Shown here in pieces: positions 26,962-40,394 of a stretch of DNA of 64,000 nt. Source of the DNA: Glycera tridactyla (Eukaryota); NCBI GenBank assembly GCA_965644265.1, contig OZ286466.1, forward strand, positions 60,636,001 to 60,700,000. The letters run 5' to 3'. Positions within the stretch are counted from its first letter, which is position 1, and each line of letters starts with the position of its first letter. The translations under genes were made by a program, and so were the position numbers. Under the pieces are notes generated by a model. The model saw only the letters and a list, made by a program, of their open reading frames with translations, had not been told where the DNA came from and searched no databases.

Positions 26962-27544
26962 CCGTATTCTCCCTAATTAGCGCCCCGGGGCGCTCACTAA
27001 TTGAGAAAGGGGGGCGCTTATTTGTTCGAGATGTGAAAATCACGAAAAAACAACGGTGACTGGTGAAATATCAAAAGACTTTCGATAAATGTATTCTCCG
27101 GCTTCTATTCGTGTCATATAGAAGCAAAAATGATGAAACTACGATGATACAACGAAAATTCACCAAATAGACAGTTATAAAGAGCAGTGTCTGCATAACC
27201 ACTCACACTTTGACAAGTCAATCCTGTGTTTTCAGACGTAGTTTGCTGCGATTAAAACCCACGAAATATCGAACTCACATTAAAAACGATTGTGCGAATG
27301 AATATGAAATTGTGTGGTATCCCTGCATAAATCTCTCAAATCCGTTGAATATTCGCCCAAAATGCTGGCAAGCAGTGACATTTTCACCCACATGTGCGTC
27401 GCCATATTGGATCTGGCCTTCTCCCTCGCTCAGAAAGTGCGGGAAATTCAAATATCCGGGACTGTCAAAGCCAGTCGGCAACTTCTCTCCCGCGGGAGGG
27501 GAGGGCGCTTATGAGGGTGGGGGCGCTAATTAGGAAGAATACAG
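26962..27544. mobile_element. TA-flanked TIR element (Tc1/mariner-type non-autonomous), 583 bp
   Basis: TA|ccgtattctccctaattagcgcccc ... ggggcgctaattaggaagaatacag|TA (25-bp TIR, 2 mismatches). Confidence 0.88.
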
Positions 27545-28315
27545 TATATATATTGGGACTAAAAATGCTGACAAATGGAGGCAATACTTCCCAAGTCAAT
27601 CCCCTATTCTTTCGAAGGATTTCCGAAGCTTTTATGTGCATGCAGGAACAGACTCCCATACATGCAGCTGGGTTTTTGTCATACCCTAGTTGGCATGCAC
27701 TGGCTCTCCCCTGCAGTCATCAGGGTGTGCCAACACTAAAATTAGTTTCAACTAATGACTACAGACAAAGCCTAATCCCCCCCCCCCCCCCCAATCAACA
27801 TCGCATCAACATGAAGGAGGATCAGTCACCTGTTTTTATCACAGGCCCACATAAATTTCTATGATATATGAGCAGACTAATCAAAATGTGGGGGTTTACA
27901 GATACGCTCTGTGATGATCCTAAAAACACTCCAACATTCATCATTTGTATTGTACAAGGCATCGGACCCATTCACGTAAAATCAGCCATGCTTTTGATGT
28001 TATAAAGGCAGAGTAAGGTTCCCACTCTTCTCTCATGAAGATATTCCCTAAGGGACAAAACAGCCTCAGTTACACGGCCAGCTTGCCTTGGATGAAAATT
28101 GCGCCAGGTAATTTGAGTGAGAGGGTGAAAAGTAGGGCTGATACGAAACACATTAGTCAACAAACAAAATATCTCTAGAAACACACCTCTGGAAATGAAT
28201 GACAAAACAAAACATCATGCAACTTCCCTAAGGAATCTGGCATGGCCCTTGCCGGTGCAAGTGACATGAACATGCCACAAGTATTTTGGTGGCCTTGCAT
28301 TATGGACAACTACTA

Positions 28316-28493
28316 CAGTGAAACCTGTCTTGGGAGACCCCTCCTTTGGGAGACCACCCTCTAATGGGAGACTGCTCTTTATCAGCTCTTCTCTATCTGA
28401 CATAGTCAAATATACCTCCAATGAGAGACCACCTGTCTTGAGAGACCACTTTTTGTTGGTATTTGGGGCAGTCTCCCAAGACAGGTTTTACTG
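28316..28493 (+). mobile_element. MITE family C, full length
   Basis: TA|cagtgaaacctgtcttgggagac...gtctcccaagacaggttttactg|TA; highly similar to 57752-57929. Confidence 0.9.
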
Positions 28494-31209
28494 TATTGAA
28501 TATAGATGCTTCCGGTGAAAAGCTCATCAATTCGCTGTCATTTGATCTCTCCATCAGGTTTTTTTTTCAAAATAGGATCTTTTTTTTGTATCTATCAGCA
28601 TTTGTGCATACTCATCAGCCATGTTTTGCTGTATTTCTGTCAAAATCATTGTTCCATTTGAAAACGATCAATATTCTCGAAATTTCGGTGAATCATCTCA
28701 TCCCTAGTGGAAAGAGAGTCTGAGTAATCATTCTTTGATTTGTTCTCATTCAGAGTGCAGTCAAACCTGTCTATAAAGACCACTTTCAGTTGCATCAAAA
28801 TTGGTCTTTCTGGGCAGGTTCGGCAGGTCATTGCTTGGTTGGTAGGTTCATCATTTCACATCCTGTGAGCATCATATGGGCTATATTGAGATGCCCATGC
28901 AATGGGCTGAGTAGCATTTAAGATTCTTCCTTCTGGGTGACCAATGGAGAATTCATGAAATTTGTGCACACTCAAGGAGTCAAACCAACAGACATACTGC
29001 TATGATATCAGAGTGACATTAAATTCATAAGTGTGCACAGAAATTTATAGCTGTCTGTACAGTTCAGGGAGCATAGAATATAATTAGAGAACAGACCACA
29101 TGCCCTTGAGTGACCTTCATGCAAATAGCGAGCCCACAGAGGATTTCCCAGGTGATGATGATAATGAACTCAGATGGAGATTGCCAGGGGAAGACATCTT
29201 GAGGAAGCAAGGATGCGAGGAAGGGATGCAAGGATGTGGTTGTCTTGGCAGCAAGTCCATTAACAATAGCATCTTCATCATGTCTGAGAACGTAATTCAC
29301 CCTTGAGTTATTGCTCCAATTAATTTGCCAGAATAATCCTAGTAATCATCAGTGCTCTACATTAACATTTTTCTTTCGATAAGAGCCTAACAAGACCAAC
29401 TCGAACTGGCATTTCAGGGCTGCTTTTCAACTTGACATAGTCAAATTGACCTGGGTCTGCAGGCCCTCTCATCTTGTCTTTGGTTTCACTCTACTGATAT
29501 ATGTATGCCTAAATTTACCAGGTGACAGTGTTTCAGATCATCCTAAATAGAGTGGGCAGGTCATCAGTAAACATAGAGGTGGGATTTCAGAAAATAAATC
29601 TGGCAGCCCAGCAAGATTAACAGAAATGTATCCCCCACCCTCATCAGACTTAGCACAGTCCCATAACAGTCATAATGAAAGCATGCGCTGCATAGAAATA
29701 TGTAGATACAGTCAAACCTGCTTGAGAGACCACCTCTATACAAATGCCAACTGCACACTGAAGTCAACCAGGTGACCGTCATAGTGCAGACAAATCTGCC
29801 CTAAGCACACAGCCAGGACACAACAGTGCATGCTTAGAACAGGTGCATGCCTAGTGAAGGTGAAATGATGAGAAAATACCCCAGCAGGATGAATCCAGCA
29901 TTATTGCTTCAAAAAGCTTCTTGCTTAGTACAGTGCATGCTTAAGACAGGTTTCCAACAGTAAACAACCTCTCAATAAAGGCAACCTGTCCATAAAGTCC
30001 ACTTTTTGATGCAATAATCTCCTTGTAGACAGGTTCATAATGAATAGACAAAGGTGAATTCTATGGTGCAGGTTCCTCCTTTTTCTCTACATTATAGACG
30101 ACAAGGATGTCAGCTCTATGACGTCACAGGTTGCATAAGGATTCATTCATGTCGCTGGTGATGCTGATGAGGTAGGTGAACCGGTCACGAGGGAACCGCT
30201 GAATGTGTGAAAATTCAGTTTTCACCTCACCTTCATGCTCCGCATTCTGGATTTTTCTGCAGTCAGTGCAATGAAACTAATAAATGATTGCCATGAAAGG
30301 GTCAGCATGGCATTGGTTCATTGGGGAATGGCAACATACACAATATGGCTCTCAGATTGGCATCTGCCTGATGTCCCCTCAACCTGACTGAATGCGACAA
30401 GAAGAGAAATAAAGCGTGGATTGTTTCCTATTGATCGGCCAATTGAATCAGCATGCCAACTCTATGGCAACTCTTCTACTACCCACTGCCTTTTAACCCA
30501 CCACACTCCTCTGAGAGAATATGAGCCAGATATAGGTGGCTTGCGTATATGTCCTTTATCCATCGGGGCTAATTATAGTAGAATGTGCTTGAGAATCATA
30601 AATACTGTATGTATAATATCAGTGTATTTTTTTTCTTCACCCAAATCTGAGCCGAAAATGAAAGGGTTGACTTATATGCAAGACCAACCTTTATCATGTG
30701 AAGACTAATGTTGACAATGATGTCAGCTCCTGGTCATTCTCGAAATAATCAGCAGAGAAAAAACTATCACTGCTGACGCAGGGTTAAACCAAAAATCCTG
30801 CTTTGGCTACCAGACTAAGACCAAGATTTTGTCAGATGTTTATATTGTTCAATATCGAATGAAGTGATTAGAAAATCATCTGACTGAGAGGCCAACCAGA
30901 GAAGTGAGCATGACAATATTTCTAAGGAATACAACCTGTCTATGAAAGCCAACTATGAACGTAGATCACTCTTTTCATAAATGCAGGGTGTTCTTCATAG
31001 ACAAGCTTAATGGTATTATAGAAGCAGCACAGGAGAAGAATGTCTCATCTCCTCAGTCTCATTTGACCAGATTAGGTTGAATAATGTGAATCATCAACTA
31101 CCGGTAGATGCACTCAGCGAGTGCGGATACCCTGCTGAGTGCATGCTTGTCACGGGAAGAGTGAATGAGAGAAGTGAAACATGTGAACAATACTAATACA
31201 TTTTCACAC

Positions 31210-31540
31210 TCAATGACCTAGAAAGTCAAGATGGCTACAAAAAAAATCAATAGGAGTCTTGCCATCGCCTAGGAGAGTCTGTGCACCAAGTTTCAAAAGG
31301 CAGCCCTGAAACCTTTGAAGTTATTGTCTGGAAACCATTTTGACCTTTTTGCACTCAGTGTCCTTGAAATTCAAGATGGCTGCCAAAAAATCAATAGATG
31401 TCTTCCCATCGCGTAGGAGAGTCTGTACACCAAGTTTGACAAGGCTAGCCCTGAGTTTCTTAGTTATGGTCCGCAAACCATCATTCACCCACCCAACCAC
31501 CCAGACAGCCACCCAAACACCCACTCATGTCGTTAATGCA
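31210..31540 (+). mobile_element. Second HINE-like family: about 143-bp tandem unit, (CACC)-type microsatellite, hairpin; related fragment at 38660-38995
   Basis: caagatggct...aaaatcaatag repeated; hairpin aatgcagt-tttg-actgcatt after the microsatellite. Confidence 0.65.
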
Positions 31541-34500
31541 GTTTTGACTGCATTGTTGAAATGTGCTGACATATGCTGGGGATTCTTATATTTCAACATG
31601 ATGAAAGGGAATGATCTCAAGATCAATGTAATATGTGTATACAAAAATGGCTGGCCGTCAAAATAGGTTGGTTAAATCATCTGTATCCAAGGTTATGGTT
31701 GCCATGGCAACCAACAAAGTAGAGAATCCTCTCTGAAATCATACATTTTGCAATTTCGCCATGAGTTTCCGGCTAATAGATATGAATGTTGCATGTAATC
31801 ATATTCAGATACTTGGCCTCTAACAGATCCTATGGGGGGCTACTCGAATTTCCTTGTAGTTTTCACAATTTTCAATGACAAATGCCCTCTGATTTTGAAA
31901 AATGACCTTTTTTCCATATTTATTCCATGATATTATGTAAAATATTCCGAAATCTCAGTAGCCCCCCCTATGAACTGATAGAGACCTTCAAGATGAACAA
32001 AATAATGTGCTTCTTCTGTATGTAACCCCTCAGGACTCATTCCGGATTTCAAAAATGTATAATTTCATGGTTGCCATGGCAACCAAACTCTGAACTCATT
32101 TGTTGAACTCTGCTCAAATAAAAGCTGAACCTTTCAGGTCATATGATGATCAGAAAAGTACCATGTGATGGAAAGATATTCATGCTCAAAATATGGAATA
32201 AACATGAATGAGCAGGATCAGGTTTGAATATACCACAGATTGCATTAATGACATGAGCACCCACCCATGCCGGTGTCAATTTGAAAACGTACTGTCTCTT
32301 CAGTGTTGCACACCGCAGGGCACAATAAATCAATCAATCAACATACACATTTGCACAATATGGAAGGCCACCACACTACCAGTTGGTTTTACTGAAATAA
32401 ATCAGCAGTGACAGCAATTCACGGAGCATTTACTAACCAAAGAAAAACTCTGGCGCTATTATGGAAGGAAGAACTGTGGATGAGCATTCAAAGCTTCTAC
32501 AAATCCCATCAAATAGAATAGTTAAACCCCTGAAATTGTTTTGGAACAACACCACACGCCCTATCGCTCAAAGAGCAGTGAAACTGATCCTGATCAAGTG
32601 TAGAGGGAAAAATCATTTAATACCGGAATTTTGAGCATGTAATCGGAAGGGATTGAGACAAAAACTCCACTAAACTGGATTCAATTATATGCTCATATTC
32701 AGTCGAAAGTGCTATAGGCGATGCTTATGATTTGGGATATGGAAAATTCTTCGCTTGTCAAAATGTAGTATTCTATACAAATGTGGGCAGCAGTGGATAT
32801 GTCCAAACTGTACAGCAGTGAGGTGAGATATGAAATTACATTGTACATGGTAACCTACCTAGCCGACCCTGTTACTAAGCAACATCACTGAGAGGTGACC
32901 TCAAATGGGTGATGTCGATGATGTCACAATGCTCCAACTAGTTGAAGTTAACGGGAACAACTTGATGCTTTGAGTTCACCCACAAAAATGCTGAAAAATC
33001 ACTCTGAACTACCACCTAGAAGCAGAGGCTGAAACTAGTACATGTAGTGGACAAACAGTCCACAAGGTGGCTGCCTGTATATGCATGTGTTATGGCACAG
33101 TCCATGAGTTTTGACTCTCCCCTTGAAGTTATGGTGCTTGCCTCCTAAAAGAAGCATTTCTTCAGATAATTTTTCAAAATGGGTTCACTCAATATCGAGC
33201 AAGAGCATCGTTCTTGCTGATTTAGGGGACATTGCGGTCACAGTCACCTTGGAACAGAACCTAAACTAAAGAAAATGTGTGAACTGCGCCCAATGAACTG
33301 ATTGGATGCAACCCTGCGATGCTGTATAACTAGTGTCAGCTAAACAAAAGGAATGAATTCCTGGAGACCAGGCAGGTGTAAAGACAGTGAGCGCAACTGC
33401 TCGGTGCTCACTCCTGCATTGTGTAATCATCAAGTCTGATAGGGCGGTGTGCAAACAGCAATTGGTAAAATGTAATATGGACAAGGATTGAAGTAGCATG
33501 AACAGAATCAACATTGCCTCTCAGTGCCATGTTGAACTTGTGAAGAGAGCCAACATGTACACTAGCTCTCCTACCATCAGACCAGTTTTCTCCTACACAA
33601 AGAAAAACTACTCTCAGCTATTGCTACTTTCAATATAGCGAAATTCATGCCATTTTTGCAAATATTGGTCAAATAAAACCAGTCTGTCTATTTTTAGGAT
33701 GAAGATATGTTTGACAATACACCCCTGAAATGTACATATGATTTCTGAAAATGTAGTTTGTACATTTCAATAGTGCATCGTGAAATATGTTTTCATCCTA
33801 ATCATCTCCCATTGCATGAAAAATTCACAAAATGTCTTTTTCTTAATGTCTATCAAGACCGTGTGGACTTGGGACTGTGATAAAAACCATCCAAAATGAC
33901 AATTAAAATGGGATAAAAACTGATGGTTCCCAATGAGAGATTTGCCTAACCTAAGCCATACGGGTATCCCCCCCAAAATGGTGTTTCATAACAGAGGGTT
34001 TTTTGTCGGGAATCTCTCATTACACAGTTTGGTGAAAACTATGTTCGCATCAATTGGCTAGAGATAACTCATCATATACTCAATGAAAAATATCCTTTCT
34101 GATTTGTGAAATATCCACTAATTTAGAATCATAATTTGAAGGACATGAAGGTAAGTTTTGTCTGGAGGAAGGTGTTGGGAATAATGCTTGCCATGTGTTT
34201 TAGTGAGATGGTTCAGTTGGAGTAAGTTTTGGTGATGATTTGAAATAAAGCACTGCCACCACCACAAGTGCATTCGCCACTACTACCACCATCATACTTT
34301 TAATCCTGCTCATGAAGAGAGCATCCCCCCAAAAGAAACCAATGACTAACAATTTAAAAACTCGAATTGTTTGACATTCTATATTCACACAGTTGTCAAC
34401 CTAACCAATAGAAAGTAGCAGAGAACTGACTGATTCAACATCCAACCAGAGAGAAGCAGTGTTCATTCTGACTTTTGCCTGAGTGTGGACATTTGTCCCA

Positions 34501-34899
34501 CTTACTTCCAAAATAGGGGGACAACACCTTTGGAACAGGGGACACTGTACCCACATAGCTAAATTCAATAATATATACCTCAGCAGAATTTTCATAGAGA
34601 ATGAATTGAATGAAGATCACAGAGCTTCCTTGCTGAGGTCAAAATCAACATTCTACTAGCCTGACTGGTTGTCAGATTGCAACACTTCTGGTGCACCAGT
34701 AGATGCACAAGGGGTCGCATACCCTAATATCGTGACATTAGATGCAGTGACACAGCTGAGAGCGAATATTGGAGAAGGCAATGTCAGTATTACAGCACAG
34801 ATCAAGGTATTCCATCACATTTCTAGCACTCATCAATGAAAGATAAACAAACCTCAAATTCTTCATTCTGACTTAAATATCCATACCCAAAGAAAATTA

Positions 34900-35040
34900 C
34901 AGTTGAACCTGTCTATGAAGACCGCCTTTGGTCGCATCAAAAAGTGGTCTTTAGAGAGAGGTCATTTACTGTTGAAAATACTACCACGGTCGCCTCAGGT
35001 GGTCTTTATAGAGAGGTGGTCTTTAAAGCAGGTTCGACTG
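34900..35040 (+). mobile_element. MITE family A, internally deleted
   Basis: TA-flanked with both TIRs, 141 bp. Confidence 0.88.
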
Positions 35041-35902
35041 TACTTACAACACAAGGTTTTTCTTGGTTAGAAATGAAGTTTTATCGAAGCCAGTTCAAAT
35101 CTCAGAGTCCCTCTTTTGGGATAACAAGGATAGGATTCATGCAGTCTTTGGGGGATAGTTAAAACAAACAAATTCAGAATTAGCAAGAAATTGCTCAGTG
35201 AGCCTTAACCATTCATTCCATTCTACAATGGTTTGTTGTCAGTATTTTGGAAATCGCGTCAATACGGCATAGATCTAGAATGAGACCTGTGTCACACTGT
35301 AGAAATGTACACTCCAGGCATACAGACTCATGTCAGGTATGAGGTCTAAGTAGTGGGTGAGTGTGAGTGTGGCTTCTTACATGTTCTTGTAGACCCTCAA
35401 TGATTTGTCCGGCTTGGAAGAGTAAAGATTTGTAGTCCACTTGAACACCTACCACTCAACTCCATGCCGCCCCCTCCCCCCCCCCCCCCCCCCTCAAATA
35501 ACCAAGATTGGGAATGAATGCCTTTAGACATCACCCATTCTAACACAATCACAGCCATGAAGGAAAAAGAGAACATCACACTCACCCAGCACTACATCAG
35601 CAGAATCTCAGACCCCTGAAGAAGGGAGACCTGGCAGCCCAGCCAAGATTGAAGAAATCTTGACTCCTGTCTAACTTCAGCCACAACTCCTTGAAGACAG
35701 CCAGTGGATCCATGTGGATACACTACCCCTCTAACAATAAGTTTCAATTTGAGAGAAAAAGATAGAGAGGCCGACATCAGAAAACTTTTGAGTCCAGTGA
35801 GTAGTGGACAATGTGAAGTTATGGCATCACCAAATATAAAGACAATTCAACACCACACCCATCCAGCACAATGACTAAAGTATCAGGTGTTGAGTATTGC
35901 GT

Positions 35903-36109
35903 GTGATACTTCACAGCTGAGCGAGAACTACTTTTTGATGATTTATCCCATAATCCATGTGATAAAAGCAAGACTATATGACCGTGAGGTGAAAATGCAA
36001 TACCAAACTTGGTGTGAATTTCTCCAGATATCACTCGGCCTCGTGACATCTGGTGAAATTCACACCTTGTTTGGTATTGCCTTTTTACTTCATGGCCATA
36101 TAGTCTTGC
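35903..36109. repeat. Palindromic repeat family D (62-bp arms, 18-nt loop); second copy inverted at 9024-9243
   Basis: Arms 35968-36029 and 36048-36109 pair at 54/62 positions. Confidence 0.85.
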
Positions 36110-36723
36110 TATAACAATCAACCCTGCTACAAAGGACACCTCCATCAAGCAGACATCTGCCCTGAGCAACCACTCTGATTCCCCCTAATTATCTTCATTG
36201 AAATTTACCTGTTCTAAGCAGCAACCTGTCTTAAGCACCGTGTGTCCACTCATTTCATCTAAAAAATGACAAAATCATCTGTCCTAAGCAGTCACCCAAT
36301 GAGCCACAGCAAATATTAGAGCTGAGGCCTCAGAGAAGGTTGAGAAATTGTCATCTGATCACTTGTGCCAGTGGTGGATCCAAGGTCATAGGTGTGAAAT
36401 TGACAACTCTTTCAACATATCTGTGTCCTTATAGTGACATCACAACCAGAACTTTTCCTGCCCCCTCACCATTGCTCAGCCCGAATGTGCAGCTGGCTCT
36501 CCTTGAATGAGTCTTGNNNNNNNNNNNNNNNNNNNNNNNNNNNNNNNNNNNNNNNNNNNNNNNNNNNNNNNNNNNNNNNNNNNNNNNNNNNNNNNNNNNN
36601 NNNNNNNNNNNNNNNNNNNNNNNNNNNNNNNNNNNNNNNNNNNNNNNNNNNNNNNNNNNNNNNNNNNNNNNNNNNNNNNNNNNNNNNNNNNNNNNNNNNN
36701 NNNNAATCAAATCAAATCAAATT

Positions 36724-36769
<46 letters not shown>

Positions 36770-37263
36770 GAGAATCTGTCACCAAAGGGTGAGAATATTT
36801 ACACTCAACTCATGCACCAAACTTTTTCTCAAGCTCAAGTCGCAAAACAAAGTGATGGATGGAGTTCTGCTTCAATTAGTGCAACAATAAATCTCGATGA
36901 ATAAAAATCGATGGCCAGTTTTAGAGTTCTACACTTACTATTGATGCTCATTGACACGGGTGATAAAGTGCTACAATACCCAGTGCCAATCATCCTTATT
37001 GTGAGCACTCATGAGAGCTTTACAGTCACCCATCACAATGGGATGATACTAACCATCTCAGACATCAACCCTTTTTTCCCTCAAATTGATCAATTTCAGT
37101 CAATAGACTGCCCCTATATAAAGGCAAACTGCTGACAAAGACCACCTGGGAGATGGCTACTGTAGCATTTCATACATTTTATCACCTCTTTACAGGGACC
37201 AAGTCTCCACAAAGGTCCCTATCTCACAAGACTGAGGCATGTCTTCATAGAGCAATTCAATTA

Positions 37264-37452
37264 CAGTCCAACCTGCTCAAGAGAACACCTCTTTAGTGAT
37301 ATCTCTTTTAAGTGACTGCCCTCTTTTGAGAGACTGTTTTCATTGGTTCATTTCTATTTGGCATAGTCAAATATACCTCTAATGAGAGACCATTTTTCTT
37401 GAGACCACTTGTGGTTGGCATTTGGGCCGGTCTCCCAATAGATGTTTCACTG
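37264..37452 (+). mobile_element. MITE family C-related, diverged
   Basis: TA-flanked; contains gcatagtcaaatatacctctaatgagagac. Confidence 0.75.
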
Positions 37453-37504
37453 TACAATGACCACCTACCTACAAAGGCCACTGTTAGCTGCAACTATGAT
37501 AGTA

Positions 37505-37681
37505 CAGTCAGACCTGCTCTAAAGACCACCTCTCTATAAAGACCACCTCTCTATAAAGACCGCCTGAGCTGCGACCGTGGTAGTATTTTCAACAGTAAAT
37601 GACCTCTCTATAAAGACCACCTGCCCATAAAGACCGCTTTTTGATGCGACCGAAGATGGTCTTTATAGACAGGTTCGACTG
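37505..37681 (-). mobile_element. MITE family A inserted in an older relative of the same family
   Basis: Flanks gctgcaactatgatagTA / TAttttcaacaata rejoin to the family-internal motif gctgcgaccgtggtagTAttttcaacagta. Confidence 0.88.
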
Positions 37682-40208
37682 TATTTTCAACAATAAACAA
37701 CATCTGTACAAAGGCCACCTGCCTACAAAGGCTACTTTTCTATGCAACCAAGGGTGGTCTCTCTAGACAGGATTCAACTGCATATCACTCAGTGATTGGG
37801 CCAGGAATTATGGATGGTGAGATTCCAAGATTTTCAAAGTATGCAAAATGATTGGATTCTCATCCATCATATAACGTCAATTAGTTGATTGGGACCAGGG
37901 TGATAGGATTGCAAACCCTAGTGTTATCTCAGGTCACCACTCAAGGTTTGGTTGGAAATATCAAGTTAGCTCGATCTCATCTCACTCAAGCTCGATACTG
38001 AGATGCTAAACCGAGAACTATAATGAGGAGATTCTGGACAAGGGGCAATCATTCACTTCCCAAAATGTCTACTTCATTTATGGATTTGTTGATCCACTGA
38101 TGGGATGAATACAGATGCATAAGTGGTATGGCTACCATATATGCTGGAATATACATTGAAGTATATGCACCGAAATATGAGTTCAAAAACCTGGGGTTGA
38201 TTTGTACTTAGGATCAAATTGAATTAAAAAACAGTGATTCAACAATACAAAAGTCCCTAGATACCACTTGCTCCTAAAGGATCAAGGTCATAGGCAAGCG
38301 CTAATGAATAGTAGCAAATGTACATATAGTGCCTCATAATAGGCGTGTCATCAGTATCTTGGATAAAAACTCAATGCCTCCATCGTGTACATGATGAATA
38401 GTCTCAGCGGCCACATCAAACAAGGAAAAAAACAGCAATGAAAATAATCGCTGTGCTCCGCTTATTGGCATGAAGTGGAGAATTGCTTCAAAGAGGCTAG
38501 CCCCACAACTGGCAAGATACGATATTGTCAACCTGATGGTCTTCCATGTTTTGATGTCACACTCTAGGCTGATAGGTTATCACACAAGATGTCACTGAAG
38601 ATCCACAAGACCACTTTCTTCTAACATTCTAGCCGGCCTCAGATCATGTTCCAACTTGATGCACTCAGTAAAATTAAAGATGGCCACCCCAAAATCAATA
38701 CATTTCATGTCAAAGCCTAAGAAAGTCTACACCAAGTTTGCCCTGGCTAGCCCTCAAACCTTCAAGCTATTTGGCACTTGGTGACCTTGAAATTCAGGAT
38801 GGCCACCCCAAAATCGATAAGTGACCAACCAAAGCCTAGGACAGTCTGTTCATAAAGATCGAGATGGCTAGCTCTCACATCTTTCAAGCTATTGTCTGGA
38901 AACTGTTTTAACCCTTTGGCACTTTGTGACCTTGAAATTCAGGATGGCCTCCCCCAAAATTGATATTGTCCGGAAACAGTGACCTTGAAATTCATGTATA
39001 CTCCCCAGGGAGATGAAAGCAGCTCAACCTCAAACATGTCAAGAAACGTTATTGTAGAGTCAGGTGAATATGCTAAGGAGACTAGACTGTAAACCACTAT
39101 ACATTTACATTCATGATACAATGACCTTGAAGAATAAGATTGCATCTCTAAGATGGATAGACCTGTGTTCACAATTTATTCATATGTTGCTTATCACAAG
39201 GTGTTTCCTGGTAGAACACACTCATGCTATCAGATTATACGCATGAGACTTAGCAAGGGATCTGCCATGGAAGCGCAGTGTGCTTACACGTTACAGTATT
39301 TACAGTTCCCATTTGTATCGCATCCGGCTGCTATTCCAGCTCTGGTTTTCTTCAAATGATGAAAATAAAGCTATAAAGAACCCGAGATGTCATTCTGTGA
39401 GCATGTAGTGCATAGCTTCTGTCCACATAGATGGTCTGCCCTATGTTTTACTGCTAGTAATAAATGGTATGAAGACTGAATAAAAAGGCAAGCTACGCCC
39501 TGGGAGCTTGATACGATTATAGATTGGTCCCGTGTTGGCGATGTTGCATCAATGATGGGAGGATATGAGCGCCTGCTCTACCATGGCTTTATGGGCTTTT
39601 ATTGGGTACTTAGCTCTTGCATTAACATCCAAATTCAAAGAAGACCAACTTCCACAGAAGATTAGTGCAGCACTTCGTCTTAGCCATGCGTGAACAACCA
39701 TCAAGTGCATTTTTTTCCATTTGGATCAAGCATCCAGTCGTGCAAAGTCCCCAGCTGATGTAAGATATCATTTGGGGGGGGGGGGGGGAGAAAGGACAAA
39801 AAGAATAATTAATTAATCCTTGATGGTCTTCGGATAAGCATTAGGTGAAACGTAGCTTCAGTGTGACAATCATTTTAGCAGTTCTGGAGACTTCTATGGT
39901 GGGATCACACTTGCAATATGGCTGACTGATGGCTTGGCGACCATTAGTCAATAATGTCTGAACCAACTGATCCACCATTTGGTTAAAAGTCACAGTAGGA
40001 AGATGGCTACCCTCAGAATGGGCAAACAGATGCAGAGAATCAATGATACTCATTCTGTTTTCAGTCATAGCCATGAACTCATGACACCATGAAATCAGTA
40101 AGTCATGAAATGCTCAATGATATGCCGATGGGAGAGTGAACAATTCCAGCATGACATGAAAGTGGTGGATTTACAGAGTGCCATTGCTTTAACTCCACCC
40201 ATCTAATA

Positions 40209-40387
40209 CAGTCGAACCTGCTCTAAAGACCACCTCTCTATGAAGACCACCTCTCTATAATAAGACCACCTGAGCTGTGACCGTGGTAGTATTTTCAACA
40301 GTAAATGACCTCTCAATAAAGACCACCTGCCCATAAAGACCGCTTTTTGATGCGACCGAAGGCGGTCTTTATAGACAGGTTCAACTG
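40209..40387 (-). mobile_element. MITE family A
   Basis: TA|cagtcgaacctg...caggttcaactg|TA. Confidence 0.9.
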
Positions 40388-40394
40388 TAGTAGC

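Noticed and set aside
32783-32822. Plus-strand candidate exon ILYKCGQQWICPNCTAV with a zinc-finger-like WICPNC
   Set aside because: Too short, only one Cys pair is convincing, and there are no partner exons; likely chance.
25103-35586. Additional minus-strand splice-like segments (25126-25103, 28047-27976, about 33435-33412, 34558-34506, donor at 35585)
   Set aside because: Either closed in all frames, inside repeat-like sequence, or indistinguishable from chance GT/AG pairs without transcript data.
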